Origin: Euprymna scolopes
Lineage: Eukaryota
NCBI GenBank assembly: GCA_053919585.1
Contig: CM132791.1
DNA: 64,000 nt
Reading direction: 5' to 3' (one strand)
Shown: positions 1-13,602 of the stretch, piece by piece
Layout of the letters: each line of letters starts with the position of its first letter
Position numbering within the stretch: the first letter of the stretch is position 1
The notes under the pieces: model-generated
The model's database searches: none
What the model was told of the DNA's origin: nothing
What the model saw: the letters and a program-made list of their open reading frames with translations, nothing else
Translations under genes and position numbers: made by a program

Positions 1-43
1 TACTGAATTTCACGAACTCAGTATAATTACACATAAGTCTATA

Positions 44-45
<2 letters not shown>

Positions 46-89
<44 letters not shown>

Positions 90-255
90 CAAATGATTAA
101 TAAAACATGTTAAAAGACATCTTGAAAAAGAGTTAAAAACATATTTAATTTTAAAAAGGAAGCACAAGATAAGTGTATAGTCCTTAATCCGCGGAGTTTC
201 GAAGAAATACCCTCCTTCTCATCAGAAGGCAGGAATTAGCAAAATGCGGGATCGG
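46..255 (-). mobile_element. Penelope-like pseudo-LTR fragment (HHR family A) ending in (TA)n
   Basis: Reverse complement aligns by eye with 31227-31376, which follows a Penelope-type GIY-YIG ORF; runs into (TA)n at ~46-86. Confidence 0.75.
182..228 (-). ncRNA. Minimal type I hammerhead ribozyme (family A, copy 1)
   Basis: Minus strand: ctt CTGATGA gaagga-gggtat-ttcttc GAAAC tccgcgga TTA agg. Core, 6-bp stem II, palindromic stem III region, 3-bp stem I. Confidence 0.75.
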
Positions 256-1273
256 TGTCGCCTTCTGAAAGAAGTGGCAAAGTCTGTTAAGCCTGTGATA
301 AAGCCCCCATTAAAGACATCACATACAAAACCGATTTATATAAGCAGGGGACAACATGAAAACGGACTTTTAGAAAGGTTTGTTCACGGATGAAGGACGT
401 ATCACTCTTGATGGCCCAGATGGCTTGAGCAAGGGATGGGTCCTAGATGGATAACATCGTCATCAGCGTTTAAGGTGCTAACAAGGTGGTGGTGGGATAA
501 TGATTTGGACTGGATTATCGGAGGTACTTTAGTTGGCCCATGGAAAGTTCCAGAAGGCGTTAAAATGACGGAAAATGCTTACATAGCTTTTCTGCAGGTG
601 CACTTTGGACCATGGCTGGAGAAGCAAAGGTTGACGTTCAGAAGAACCAATATTTTGATGCAGAATAATGCTCCTTTGTATGCAGCAAACAAAAGCAAAG
701 AGTAATGCAACAACTGGGGTTCTCTGGGCTACGGAAGAAGGAGTGGCCTGTGAATTGAACCGAATTGAGATTCTTTTGGAGTATCATGAAACGACGCCTC
801 TATGCAAGTGGACGCCAATTTAAGAGCAAAGATGAGTTGTGGGATAATCTCCAAGAAGTATTGCGAGGAATAACTGTTGACGAAATCACAAATTTGACTA
901 ATTCTGTGGACCAACGTCTTTTACAAGTAATTCATAAAAAAGGATTGCATATCCTCTACTAATTATTTCACGTAGAAATTGTTATGTAGTTCTTGTGTTC
1001 TAAGCATTTTTCCTAGTTCATTTAATGTTGGAAAATTATTTCAATAAACAAGTTATGTGTATATTGTGTTTTTTTCTCAAACTCGTTAATACCGTGACCC
1101 ACTGAAATCAACAGATATCCCTGTTTTCTGCCATAGTTTCGCTAATACTGCTTTAAATACTTTTATTTTCTGACTGGAGTAACTGAATAGTATTGCAAGC
1201 ACTTTCTCAAAGTTTCATGGATTTTTATTCACTAAATATTTAAAAAAATGTAAACTCGTTTTAATTTGACACG

Positions 1274-1279
<6 letters not shown>
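256..1279 (+). mobile_element. Tc1-like DNA transposon relic, 5'-truncated, frameshifted transposase
   Basis: Fragments FTDE..ITLDGPDG, GTLVGPWKVPEGVKM, MQNNAP, WSIMKRRLY..QFKSKDELW match the Tc1 DDE domain; probable right TIR ~1250-1279 followed by (TA)n. Confidence 0.85.
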
Positions 1280-1324
<45 letters not shown>

Positions 1325-1852
1325 TATATTCATATATTTATCTACTACCATCTACATATGCGTGCGTATGACTCAATTATTTTCAAAGACTCGTATTTGC
1401 CACAATATTACTGATCTTTGAACCTCGGCCAAAATATATAAATTATGTTTACAATAAATCCAATTAGTCTCTTCACAATTTTAAGGACACGTCTAAACTG
1501 TAACAGCCTTGTTATTTGAGAAAAAATATAACTTATTTTTTCTTCTAATTGATTATGTCTGTTACGGTGTATTATGCTGCTCTGTATTCAGACATTTAAT
1601 CGTGTCATTGATACTTTTAAATAGAGAGGAAAGTAGCGAAATAGTTGCCGAACTCTGAAATTATTTCAGCTATTATATCATTTTGTAAAACTAGTCTGAG
1701 TACCTGATAATGCCGGGTCTCTGAAAGCTTTCTTTTGAAATCGTAAAAAGATAAGTAAAAACATAAGTGATTTGATCAGGTTTATTATTTGGATCTATGT
1801 CAGCTAGGAAATAACGGTGACATTAGAGCTAATGAAACCTAAAATTTTCTTG

Positions 1853-1928
1853 TGAGAGAGTCGAACCTAATCGTAGGAATATACGATTTAAATTAACGGT
1901 GAACACTTTACTCAAATAGCCACCGATC
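1853..1928 (-). pseudogene. Degenerate tRNA-derived sequence (SINE head or pseudo-tRNA) with long variable arm
   Basis: Minus strand: GGTGGCTATTTGAGTAAAG (A-box-like), hairpin TCGTA-tattcc-TACGA, GGTTCGACTC (B-box). Acceptor and anticodon stems decayed. Confidence 0.4.
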
Positions 1929-2799
1929 AAACAAAAATATTTTGTTATTATTATAGCAGAGTGCGTATGATAAATATCAGCACTAACCGAAATATAGGTG
2001 GCTAACTAAGGTATTATCATCATTAGCAGCGTTTGAGCACATATGCAAAGTAGCAAGTGTGTAAGGGCTTGCATCAGAAGAAAAGAAATAAATGACAGCA
2101 TGTGGTCGGAAAGAAACAAATTGCGCGGCGGTAAAGATGGACGTGTAAAGTTGAAGACGATAAATGGCTGACTATGGTCGAATAGGTGGACCTGTGACTT
2201 CGTTGTGGCAGCGAGGGACTTTTAAGCTGGTGTTGAGATGGCGGGGTTTTTATAATCTCATGGCAGACGAAATGAACAGTAAAAAAAATAAGAAGCAAGG
2301 AATGTTTGAAACGTGACAGTAATAAATGCCTTTTGCTAAAACAGAAAAAAAGTCGGATTTATTTTTGTTTCTTTCTTTCCCTGCGACGTTACATTATGAC
2401 ACACCTAAAATGTTTATGAGGTCAGCGTAGGATTACAACCTCCGCATTAAAATAAAATATTTCGATATTTTATTTTATTAAGTTATCACTTCTTATCCCC
2501 CTCGTGGTTTAATGTAAGTGAGTGTCAGGTTGCACTGATTATCGGGAGTGGTAGAATTTGGATAGTGTTTGATTATTTAAGAAGACGGCTTTACAATAAT
2601 TTGTTTACATTAGACTTCAAAACGACCATGTTAAAGTTCGTTGTGAATAATTCGATTGTACTAAATGAATAAATACGAGAACAAATTTAATTTTTAATAA
2701 AACAAACGTCGAATTGACTATATTTATTTATTGACAATGGAAAGGTTTAGAAGTGTGTGATTCAATCGGCTTGCAAAGAATACGCTACAATGTCTGATC

Positions 2800-2990
2800 A
2801 TTTTCTTTTTCAATCTTCACCCCAAACAAGGCAAGTGCCACTTTGAAGTAGGGGGCTACTATTGAGGACAATTTGCGGAGGCTTTATGAAGGGAGATAAG
2901 TAGAAAGATGTTTGTTCACATTACACTTGAACTTCAACATATCAGTACAGTTGGGAAAGCAGTATCCTGGAAGGGAGTTTCAAAGACACA
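2800..2990 (-). mobile_element. 3' end fragment of CR1/L2-group LINE family 2
   Basis: Reverse complement matches 17300-17480 (aagttcaagtg..tagtagccccct..ccttgtttggggtgaa plus A-rich tail). Confidence 0.8.
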
Positions 2991-3157
2991 TTTGATTCAC
3001 CAATTTGTGCAATTAATCTTCACATAAACATTATGATTATCTCATACGGTAAATAAGTTACAAAAAACTAACAAGACTTTTGTATAAATAACCATATTTT
3101 ATTTATGTGAGTATAAGTTACTCGATTATAAAACGAAAATTAAATTACAATATTTCT

Positions 3158-3161
<4 letters not shown>

Positions 3162-3224
<63 letters not shown>
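3162..3224. repeat. (AAT)n microsatellite
   Basis: Direct inspection. Confidence 0.95.
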
Positions 3225-3225
<1 letters not shown>

Positions 3226-4740
3226 TGCTAGAAGGAGTGAAGTAAATAGATTAACAAAATGATCATGAAATGCTTTTTCAGAACTGATCCTTATGATGAA
3301 ACTGGAAAGGACATCAAGGGATACAGAAAACGAGGGAAGTTGGAATCAACAAAATAAGACACGCAAAAGTAATTTGGAAGAATTGTTGCTTATCAGAGGT
3401 GAAAGTGGAGGCCATAAAAAGGCAGGTGAAGTAATAGGCGATAACATGTTAAACGACGATGTCCAAAATGATTAGGGAAGGGCAGACGATAAAGTGAAAG
3501 ATGTGTATGAAGCCGCAGGAAATAGAGAGGTAGCAAATACGAGGTGATTGGTAATGATGGGGAAACTGATGATAAGGTGCTGGAAGAAACTGAAGAAGTG
3601 AAAGGAATTATTAAAAGACTGATGGAGATCATGTTTTTAGAAAAAAAGAATTAAATATTTTGAATTGTTGTGAATGTCCGCATTTGAGAAGAAGTATGAA
3701 ACAATGGAAAGGGTTATTGATATCAAACGGAGAAGATCTGGTTCAAACTCATGTTAATAGAAGGATTTTTAGTGGGGGGGGGCAACTTCCTGTCATTGTG
3801 TTTTATTTTGAGTATGTTATTATTTCTGTTCATATTACCCAAGGTAAATCCGTGTTATTAGTTGGGAAAAGAAAGAGTAACGGGTAAACCATTTAGTATG
3901 GATGACGTAAAACTGTATCCAAAGAATGAAAAAAAAACCCAGCCAATTAATGACATTTGTATAGAATTTTACATGAAAGAAGTGCGGTGTCGGATATTGA
4001 AAGGAGAAAATTGTCGAAAGCGTTTGAATAGGGGTAAGATAAAAGAGGTTGGAGAAGTAGGATACACCTACTTAAGCGCTGTGGAATTAGATAAAATAAC
4101 AGAGCTAAAATAAAGAGAATAATAGGAAAAGAACAGAAGCGAAGACTACGGTTGATTCTTAAGTCAAGATTGAATGCGAAAAAGAAAATATCCACAGTAA
4201 GCACATTGGCAGTAGCTATATTAAGATATGAGGTGGGTATTATTCAATGGAAATAAAATGAGCTGGAGGATATGGACAGGGAAACACGGAAAACGATAAA
4301 AAGGAATGAAGCTCTCATACAAAGAGTGATGTCTATAAATTATATGTGAAAAGAGGTAGCACGATGGCTATTATGTGTAGAACGATGCGTAAAAGTAGAA
4401 GAAAATAGTTCGAAAGTTTATATCTCTAACTAAAAAGAAAAAGCTTATAAAAAAGTGGCATAATTTGACAAATTGCAAGAGAGTGAACTAGTAAGGAGAA
4501 AGGAATTTAAGACAATAGATGGAGAAAAAGTGAAAGACGTGAATTATAAATGGCCATTTCAGTAGAGATCTATCAGAGGCAGTGAACGAGGGGAAAACCT
4601 GGCGAACGTTGTCAAAATGTAACTTGAAGGTTGGGACAAGATCCCTAATATGTGCTGGTTAAGAGTCCCCTGTATTGACTTTGTTGTTGAAAGATGAAAA
4701 TGCACAACACCTTGTCAGTAGTTGTGAAAAGTTAAAAAAT
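3225..4740 (+). mobile_element. Highly decayed R4/Dong-like non-LTR retrotransposon
   Basis: Residual RT-thumb motifs (FSMDDVKLY, YTYL, AVAILRY, LEDMDRETRK) similar to 23650-24200; abuts (AAT)n. Confidence 0.6.
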
Positions 4741-4934
4741 AAACACAGTTTTCATATTTTTTATTAGTAAATCAATCATCTCGATCTGTGCAATGAAGTT
4801 ATTAAACTTATAAAAACTGCTGCCAATATATTGTATTAAGGCAAATCGATATGGCAAATCGAAGAAAAGATGCAAAGAAAGCATGCAGATTTAAGAACAA
4901 TTTAAGTAAAGAATAAGTTATCGGAAATGGCATT

Positions 4935-6355
4935 TTTACAACATTTTGGTCAATATAACGTTTCTCAACATGTTGATCAATGTTACGTTTTACAACATGT
5001 TGGTCAAGGTAACGTTTTAAAACATGTTGGTCAATGTTACGTTTTACAACATGTTGGTCAATGTTACGTTTTACAACATGTTGGTCAATGTAACGTTTTA
5101 CAGCATTTTGGTCAATGTAACGTTTTACAGTATTTTGGTCAATGTAACGTTGGTCAATGTAATGTTTTACAGCATGTTGGTCAATATAACGTTTCACAAC
5201 ATGTTGGTCAATGTAATATTTCACAACATGTTGGTCAATGTAATGTTTTACAACATGTTGGTCAATGTAACGTTTTACAGCATGTTGGTCAATGTAACGT
5301 TTTACAGCATGTTGGTCAATGTAATGTTTTGCAGCATGTTGGTCAATGTAACGTTTTACAGCATTTTGGTCAATGTAATGTTTTACAGCATTTTGGTCAA
5401 TGTAACGTTTTACAGCATGTTGGTCAATGTAACGTTTTACAGCATATTGGTCAATGTAACTTTTTATAACATGTTAGTCAATGTAACGTTTTACAGCATG
5501 TTGGTCAATGAAACGTTTTACAACATGTTGGCCAATGTAACGTTTTACAACATGTTGGTCAATGTAACGTTTTACAGCATCTTGGTCAATGTAACGTTTT
5601 AGAGCATGTTGGTCAATGTAACGTTTTACAGCATTTTGGTCAATGTAACGTTTTACAGCATGTTGGTCAATGTAACGTTTTACAAAATATTGGTCAATGT
5701 AACGTCTTACAACATGTTGGTCAATGTAACGTTTTACAGCATGTTGGTCAATGTAACGTTTTACAGCATGTTGGTCAATGTAACGTTTTACAACATGTTG
5801 GTCAATGTAACGTTTTAAAGCATGTTGGTCAATGTAATGTTTTACAGCATGTTGGTCAATGTAACGTTTTACAGCATGTTGGTCAATGTAACGTTTTACA
5901 GCATGTTGGTCAGTGTAACGTTTTACAGCATGCTGGTCAATGTAACGTTTTACAGCATGTTGGTCAATGTAACGTTTTACAGCATGTTGGTCAATGTAAC
6001 GTCTTACAACATGTTGGTCAATGTAATGTTTTACAACACGTTGGCCAATGTAACGTTTTACAGCATGTTGGTCAATGTAACGTTTTACAGCACGTTGGTC
6101 AATGTAACGTTTTAAAACATGTTGGTCAATGTAACGTTTTACAGCATGTTGGTCAATGTAACGTTTTACAGCATTTTGGTCAATGTAACGTTTTACAGCA
6201 TGTTGGTACATGTAACGTTCTACAACATGTTGGTCAATGTAACGTTTTACAGCATGTTGGCCAATATAACGTTTTACAGCATGTTGGTCAATGTAACGTT
6301 TTACAGCATGTTGGTCAATGTAACGTTTTACAGCATGTTGATCAATGTAACGTTC
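4935..6355. repeat. 27-bp minisatellite (~52 units, consensus CATGTTGGTCAATGTAACGTTTTACAG)
   Basis: Direct tandem repeat without spacers; explains the QHVGQCNVL / MLVNVTFYS / KRYIDQHAV ORFs. Confidence 0.97.
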
Positions 6356-8004
6356 GACCAATATAATGTTTGATCATTTACTGCCAACTCGATTTTTTCA
6401 AGTCGCCTTTCATAAAAACTATTTCTTGCTCTTACGGCTTGACAGCCCAACTGATCTTAAACATACAGGTATATACATGGTTCAACGTGAATGAGTTTTT
6501 TTTATGTCCGTGCGTCAGTTGCACACTTTCCTTCACATGTGGGTTTCAGGATAAAAATATTTATTGCATAAAAATGTTCTTGCGGTAAAAATGGTTAAAC
6601 TTATAGCGATAGTAGCGTTGAACAATATTGCTTAAACGGACTGTTCAAGAACGACTAGAAACTGTTTTTTTGACAGCTAGAAGGACTTAAAAGAGTGAAT
6701 GACGTCATATCTGATGCTGACCATTCTATGAATTTTTAAAGGCGCAATGAATCAAATATCAAAGAAGGTATCCTCTAAAGTATAACGACAAAATAACATA
6801 ATGGCCACTATTGATATGCTTAAAGAGAAGCTTAAAATGTTTCAAAATTTAAAACACCCACACCTAACGGTGTAAAAAATATCAATTTCAAAACCTCTTG
6901 TTTCTTTTCATACTTTTGTAGCAATAATAAATGGCTATCTGAAGACATATTGCTTTCCTGAGTGGCTGACAAAAACGTACTGGAGTCATGATTATAAACG
7001 ATAAGACAAAAGGGAATGAGATACTAAACTATAGATTAATCACTTGTCTCTCAGTTATGTGGAAACCTTCATATATTGTCTGTATATATCTATGAACATT
7101 TAAATCAACACACTTTGCTGCTTAAGGAACAGAAGGCCTGACAAAAAAAACCCATATAATATCAAAGATCAACCTCTGATTGAGCCTGAGAAACTACAGA
7201 CAAAGAACTACTATCCTTATCATACAATTGATAGATTATAGGAAAACACTTTACATAGATGCAAAAATGCTTAGATATTTTCAGAATACCCCCAAACATT
7301 TAAACAACGTTAATACATGGCATGAAAAATTGATAAAATAATTTCACTTCAAGAGGATCAGCAGAATCAAATGTGTACACTATGTGAGTTAAACGGGGCT
7401 TTCGGAAAAAAATTCTTTCTGGCTTTGAAAATAGTGCAGGTGCCTGAGGGATGACACACATTTGACTTTACCTTTACTTTTGTGCAATTTGGCTCTTGTG
7501 ACAAGGATTGCGTCGATAGTGAATTACTCTCTGAAGCAGTAGAATGATCTAATCAATACGATATCGCACCCGTTGTTAATCTTCATTAAAAGTTATTTCT
7601 GAAACGTTGTTTAAACTATAAATTAAATTTCAATTTATTTATCCTTTATTTGATGTTGTTTTCTAATGTTCTTATTGAATTTCCTTACTTAATTTTATTC
7701 CGGTAATTTAAACAATCAGTTATAATCGTAACTTTTTATGTCTCTGTAATTGTACCACAAAACAGGACCGTTTCGCGTCAGATTAGAGGATAGTGTATTA
7801 CATAATCATAATCCAGCCATTAGTGCATCTTAGATTTATCCAACAGATAATTGAATTGTTACCATAATATTATTTTGGATGAAAATAATATCAGCCTACT
7901 TATCTATGATGAAGGTACAGTAATGCCTATAACGGACGGATTCCACCAACTGAGAAACCACTAGACCAACATCATCACCAGCAGAAGATCAACAACACCA
8001 GCAG

Positions 8005-11000
8005 GATGCCAGTGGTAAAATGCCGATTCCCGACTGCAACTTTTAGACAGCTGATCTTGACGCAGCAATTATGGTAGCACTTCTGACAACCCATGCGCTA
8101 GTGCACACCACAACTCCCGCAAGTACTGCAAGCTGCAACAAGGTAGAAAAAGTCAAACGACCTACCATCTCATCAGCTGGTACAAGTGAGGACTGGTCAT
8201 ACTTCCTATCACGATGGAATGATTATGTCGAAGCCACCAAAATCAAGGACAAAAAACTGGTAATTCAACTGTTAGAGTGCTGTGATGAAAGTTTGCACAG
8301 AGACCTTACAAGATCAACTGGCGGCTCCCTGATGGAATAGTCTCAAGAAGATGTTCTAACAGCCATGAGAGTCCTGGTAGTGCATGAGGAAAACACAATG
8401 GTGGCTCGGGTTATGCTGAACTATATGATACAAGACCGTGAAGAAACTGTGCGCTCATTTGGTGCTCGTCTCCGTGGACCAGCAGGAGTATGCAAATTCC
8501 TAATACCGTGCCCCAGCTGCAGCCATGAAGTCAACTACACAGATGCAATCCTACATGATGTGCTTGTTCGTGGACTCAATGACTCTGACATTCAGCTAGA
8601 CCTCCTTGGGGACAGAAATCAGAGCATGACCCTTGAACAAACTTTTCAGTTGGTTGAAGCCAAGGAATCTGGTAAACGCTCTGCATCCAAACTACTTGAT
8701 TCCCAAGGGGCCGAAGCAGCTAGTAGCACATGTCATTGCAACTGAAATGCTGCACATGTCGTAACCAAGAAAACTGAAAAACAAGAGACAGCATGCACTT
8801 ATTGTGGAAAGAAAGGTGACGGTGCGGGAGCAACTCTCCAACTTCGCAAGAAAGAGTGTCCAGCATACGGTTAGACCTGCAACAATTGCAGAAGAATGAA
8901 CCACTTTGAGGCTGTGTGCAGAGGTAAACAAAAAGTGACGGACACCAAGACTGAACATGAAAGTGTTGTATTTGACTCCCTCTGTGCTGCAACCAGTTAT
9001 GAGAAAAACTATGGCAGACATGTTGTTCATCTCGACCATCATCTGTACAATCAGCTATCAGACACTTGGGTGTGCCAGTCATCACAGCCTCAACCATTCA
9101 TTCAAGTGACTGCTTGTGTTGCTCCCAAAGACTACGACCACTTTGACATAGACTCAAAGATCACACCAAAGCCAAAGACAACTACCATCACTGCTCTGGC
9201 TGACACAGGCTGCCAGTATCAAAGTGTTTCATCGACTCGGTATCTCAGGGAAACTCTTAATTCCCGTGACAATGAAGGTGCATGCTGTTAACAATGTTGG
9301 CATAAGAATTATTAGAGCAGCTATTCTCCGCATCTCTGGCAAAGGGACCAGAGGGGAACCCTATGAAACGCCCCAAGTTGTGTATGTGACTGATAAATCC
9401 GACAAAATGTTTCTAAGCAGAGAAGCATGTGCAGCACTTGGCATGATTACACATAACTTCCCAACCATTGGTGAATCACAGAGCAACAGTCAAGCAGCAA
9501 TGAAGACTATCAGCCAATGTGTGGTTCGCTCATGTCCACAGGAAGATAAGAAAAACTCTGCACCGCAAATCCAGTCACAATCAACATCTTCTCAAGACTC
9601 TATGTCCACCTCATGTAAATACAGTGACAAGTGTAAATGCCCCAAACGTGAATCACCACCCCCTCCACCGTCGGCTCTGCCATTTCCTGCAACTGAAGCT
9701 AACCGAGAGAAACTTCAACAGTAACTACTAGACAGGTACAAATCCAGTACCTTCAATACATGTCAGCATCAACCAAACATGACATGCCCACCGACACGGC
9801 TCATGATCGACCCCAAAGCTACACCTGTCGCACATCACACACCTGTCCCAGTACCACTACATTGACAGGATGAAGTGAAAGCAAGCCTAGATCAGGATGT
9901 TCAACTTGGCATCATTGAGCCCGTCCCAGTTGAACAACCAGTCACTTGGTGTCATCGCATGGTGGTCTGTGCAAAGAAGAATGGCACTCCACATCGAACC
10001 ATAGACTTCCAAGCACTCAATGTTCATGCAGTGAGGGAGACCCACCACACGCAGTCAGCATTTCATCAGGCTTGCTCCATCCCATGCCTCACTAAAAAGA
10101 CTGTCTTTGATGCCTGGAATGGATATCTCAGTGCACCCATTAGAGAAGACAACAAACATCTCACCACCTTTCCACACCGTGGGGGGGGGCAGGTACATGT
10201 ATAAAACTGCACCTCAAGGATACATAGCCTATGAGGATGGCTATACTCGCCACTTCGATGAAATCGTCACCAACATTCCTGACAAAACAAAGTGCATTGA
10301 CGACGCTCTTCTTTGGTCAAACAATATCCAGAACAGTTTCCTTCAATCCTGTAACTGGCTGGAAACTTGTGAAAAGAACGGTATCATCTTGAACCCGGGG
10401 AAATTCATCTTTGCTCAAGACACTAGAGAGTTTGCTGGCTTTGAAACTCCAGACAGCGTGCGACCATGTAGTCACTATCTTGAAGCAATCTTAGACTTTC
10501 CTTCACCGAAGAACATCACAGACATGAGATCATGGTTTGGCCTTGTAAACCAGGTATCATACGCCTTCAGCATGACTGACAGGATGCAAGCATTCAGACA
10601 ACTGTTGAAACCTGGAACTCCATTCAACTGGGACGACACACTGGAACATCTTTTTCAGGAATTCAAAGCAGTCATCACCAGTAAAATTGAACATGGTGTC
10701 CAGATATTCGACAAAAACAAACCAACTTGCTTAACTACAGACTGGTCGAAGAATGGCATTGGATTCTGGCTGTTCTAAAAACATAGCACATGCATCAAAA
10801 CTGTGCCCTTCTGTTGCCGAGACGGGTGGAAGATAACTCTAGTTGGCAGCAGGTTCACCAGCCCCACAGAATCCAGGTAGGCACCTGTCGAAGATGAAGC
10901 CCTTGCAGTTGCTGACGCCTTGGAGAAAGCAAGATACTTTGTTCTGGCATGTGACAAGTTGATCATCGCAGTAGACCACAAGCTCCTGATCAAGCTTTTT

Positions 11001-11220
11001 GGGGACAGATCACTGGAGGACATCCCCAATTCAAGACTTTGCAATCTGAAGAAAAAGACCTTAAGCTACAAGTTTACAATGCTACACGTGCCTGGTGCCA
11101 AGCACTGTGCTGCCAATACCGTATCTAGTCACCCAGTTGGAAGGCCTGACAATATGGTTCTCATTGATGACATAGCCTCTGTTGATGGCTACTGCCACAA
11201 ACCACCCCAAGGGTGATAAA
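8005..11220 (+). mobile_element. Ty3/Gypsy (Mag-like) LTR retrotransposon relic: gag, protease, RT, RNase H; integrase missing
   Basis: Gag with two zinc-knuckle remnants (CTYCGKKG; CNNCRRMNHFEAVC), protease ALADTGCQ, RT APQG..KCIDDAL, RNase H TTDWSKNGIG / EDEALAV / VDHKLL; many stops and frameshifts. Confidence 0.92.
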
Positions 11221-11325
11221 GTCAGGTGGGCAACCAAATTTAGCAAAGACTGCGCACATGGCAGGTCGGGGTACTTTGTCAAAGGCCTTTTCTAAATATC
11301 ATAAAATATGTTTATTTTCTGATAT

Positions 11326-13602
11326 TTAGAAAAGGTCTTGATGGGCTGCTGATTTCCAAGGCTCTTTTCTTGTAATTGACATATGAAGAAAATCATGTCG
11401 CGAAGGTCGAAATCCATACTGGAACTCTGGCAAGACATCTTCTGTGAGGATGAGGAGGCGGTCGAGGAGGATATGAGTGAATATCTTGCTTGTGATTCTT
11501 AGGAGTGACATACCCTGGTAGTTATTACAATTTTCCCAATCTCTTTTTTTGAATATTATTATAATTGTTGCATTGCGGAAATCACTAGGGAAGGTCTTCA
11601 TCTCCCATGCATTCAGTATGAGGTGCATGAGACTGTTCCTTAGTTCAGGGCGACCATGTGTAAGTAGCTCCAGTGGGATGTTGACAGGTCCAGGTGCTTT
11701 GCCAGGTCTCATGCGTTTTAGGGATTTGTCACTCTAAGGGTTAACAGCCTGGTCGTTGAGAAGTGTTTTTATAAATGGGACCTCCATCTTAGTAGAACTG
11801 CCTCGGTGTCGTGAATGAGGCCAAAAATGTCTTTTGTTGCACATCTCGTTGATCAGTTTCCTCTGCATCATGGCCTGTCTAAGGATGATCCAGTGGTGCT
11901 CTACGGTGGCTTGGCCCACAGGTTCTGCAAAGTGGCGTTCACAAAATTCCTTGAAATTCTTTGCGAATTGTGGATCACAGAGCTTGTTGTAATCATAGCA
12001 TAGGTGTGGTACGCAGTGGAGTATCTTTCTAGGTGGTCAAGGGGTAATCACTTTCAGTTTAGAGATCAGTAGCCTATGATCCGCCCAGCAGTCGTCTGCT
12101 CCAGGCATAGTTTGGGTGATGCAAACGTTTTTTCTCTCTCTGGTTCTGGTTAGAATATAGTCCAGAATATGCCAGTGTTTGGACCAGGAATGTCTCCCAG
12201 TTGTCTTTTGTTGGTTCGTGAGTCTAAAGATGATGTTGATCACAAGTTGGTATTCCGCACACAAACCAAGTAGGAGCTGTCCATTGGCATTACAGTTACC
12301 GATGCCATGATGTCTAATGATCCCCTCCCATAGTCCATGCCCACTCAAGTATTAAAGTCTCCCAGCACGACAAGTTTGTCGGTATTAGGTACTATCTGAA
12401 TTGTGTGGTTGAGCCGGGTGTAAAATGCAGCTTTGTCTTCGTCTGTTGAAGTCAAAGATTAGGCGTAGATTGAAATCATGGTGATGTGTCTGTTCCCTGT
12501 GATAGGAAAGTGAACAGTCATCAGGCACTCAGTAATAGCCGTGGGGACTATGTACTGTTGCACAAGCTGGGAACGGATTGCTAAGCCAAAACCATGTATC
12601 TTCAGGCAGTTTGGTTTCGCTAAAGGCCGCTACATCAATATTGAAGCGGTTAAGTTTCTTTGCAAATGAGTTCTGTATGTCATTTTTGACGGAAGGTGTT
12701 TGGTTGGTCTTAAAGGGTGCGGATATTCTATGCCCAAATGGTTAATATCTGTTTATTTTTGTTTTGACTGCGTTAGTAGGATGTCCACCAGCCGCTATAA
12801 ACTGGCCAGACAGGTTTTCCGTAACATATGTTTACCCCACCTTTTCTTAAGGGTCTCCCCATGTGGGGCAGGCTGCTATGATCTTTAATAGGCTAGCCCA
12901 GTCACGGCTTCAGCTGCCAAACCCTGGTGTCATGGAATAGTCACCAAGGAACTGCGATCTCAGATCCTCTGCCTGAGTGCAGTTGTGAGTTTCAATTCAT
13001 CCAGTCCTGTCACCGTCAGCTGCGATACTACTGCTTCGGGACTTGGTTAGGGTGGGTTAGGGTTAGGGTGGCGATGATGAGGATGAATTAAGAAAAGTAA
13101 ATGTATAGAAAACAGAAAGGAAGACAAAATGCCACTCGCTGTGTAAATTGTTTTGTTGGTTGTGGCTGCGCGAAGCCATGCACACTCGTTTTGGCATGTA
13201 CTGCTTCCACTGCGGCTACATATGGATGAGACAGGCAGCCCCCACAATGCAGGTTGCATCAATCAACTGTGTCTTTGATTCACCAAAAACCCGCCTTGCT
13301 GCCTTCCCGGCAGGTGTTGCCCTCCTTCGCCTGTGTTTTTTCGTTCCGCGTTTGGATCTTATTAGTTTTATTTCGGGGTTTTCCATCATCTAGTCTTTAC
13401 CCAAAGAGGCAGGCTTTACAAGGCAGCAGGGGGAGTTACCGCTCTATATGTACACATATATGCAAGTTCGTTAGCCGTTGACCCCAAAAGGGATTCCTCC
13501 ACCCTTTGAAAGGTTTTGTTTTTAATCCTTCTGAGAGACTAGCAACCCTCCTCATTAGGCAAAGCCGGTGGAGAAACCGGTTTAGTCGCCGGTTACCCAA
13601 CA
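11326..13602 (-). mobile_element. RTE-clade LINE relic (long 5' UTR, APE endonuclease, RT N-terminus; 3' part lost)
   Basis: LTIWA*NIRTL near 12740; [29 protein letters not shown] (APE); GKAPGP..NNYQGMSLL..QYGFRPSR (RT). Confidence 0.88.

Noticed and set aside
4935-6355. CRISPR array or repeat-protein gene
   Set aside because: No unique spacers and no cas genes; eukaryotic context; ORFs arise from a 27-bp unit.
6600-7600. Possibly decayed coding sequence
   Set aside because: No recognisable motif and no ORF of useful length.
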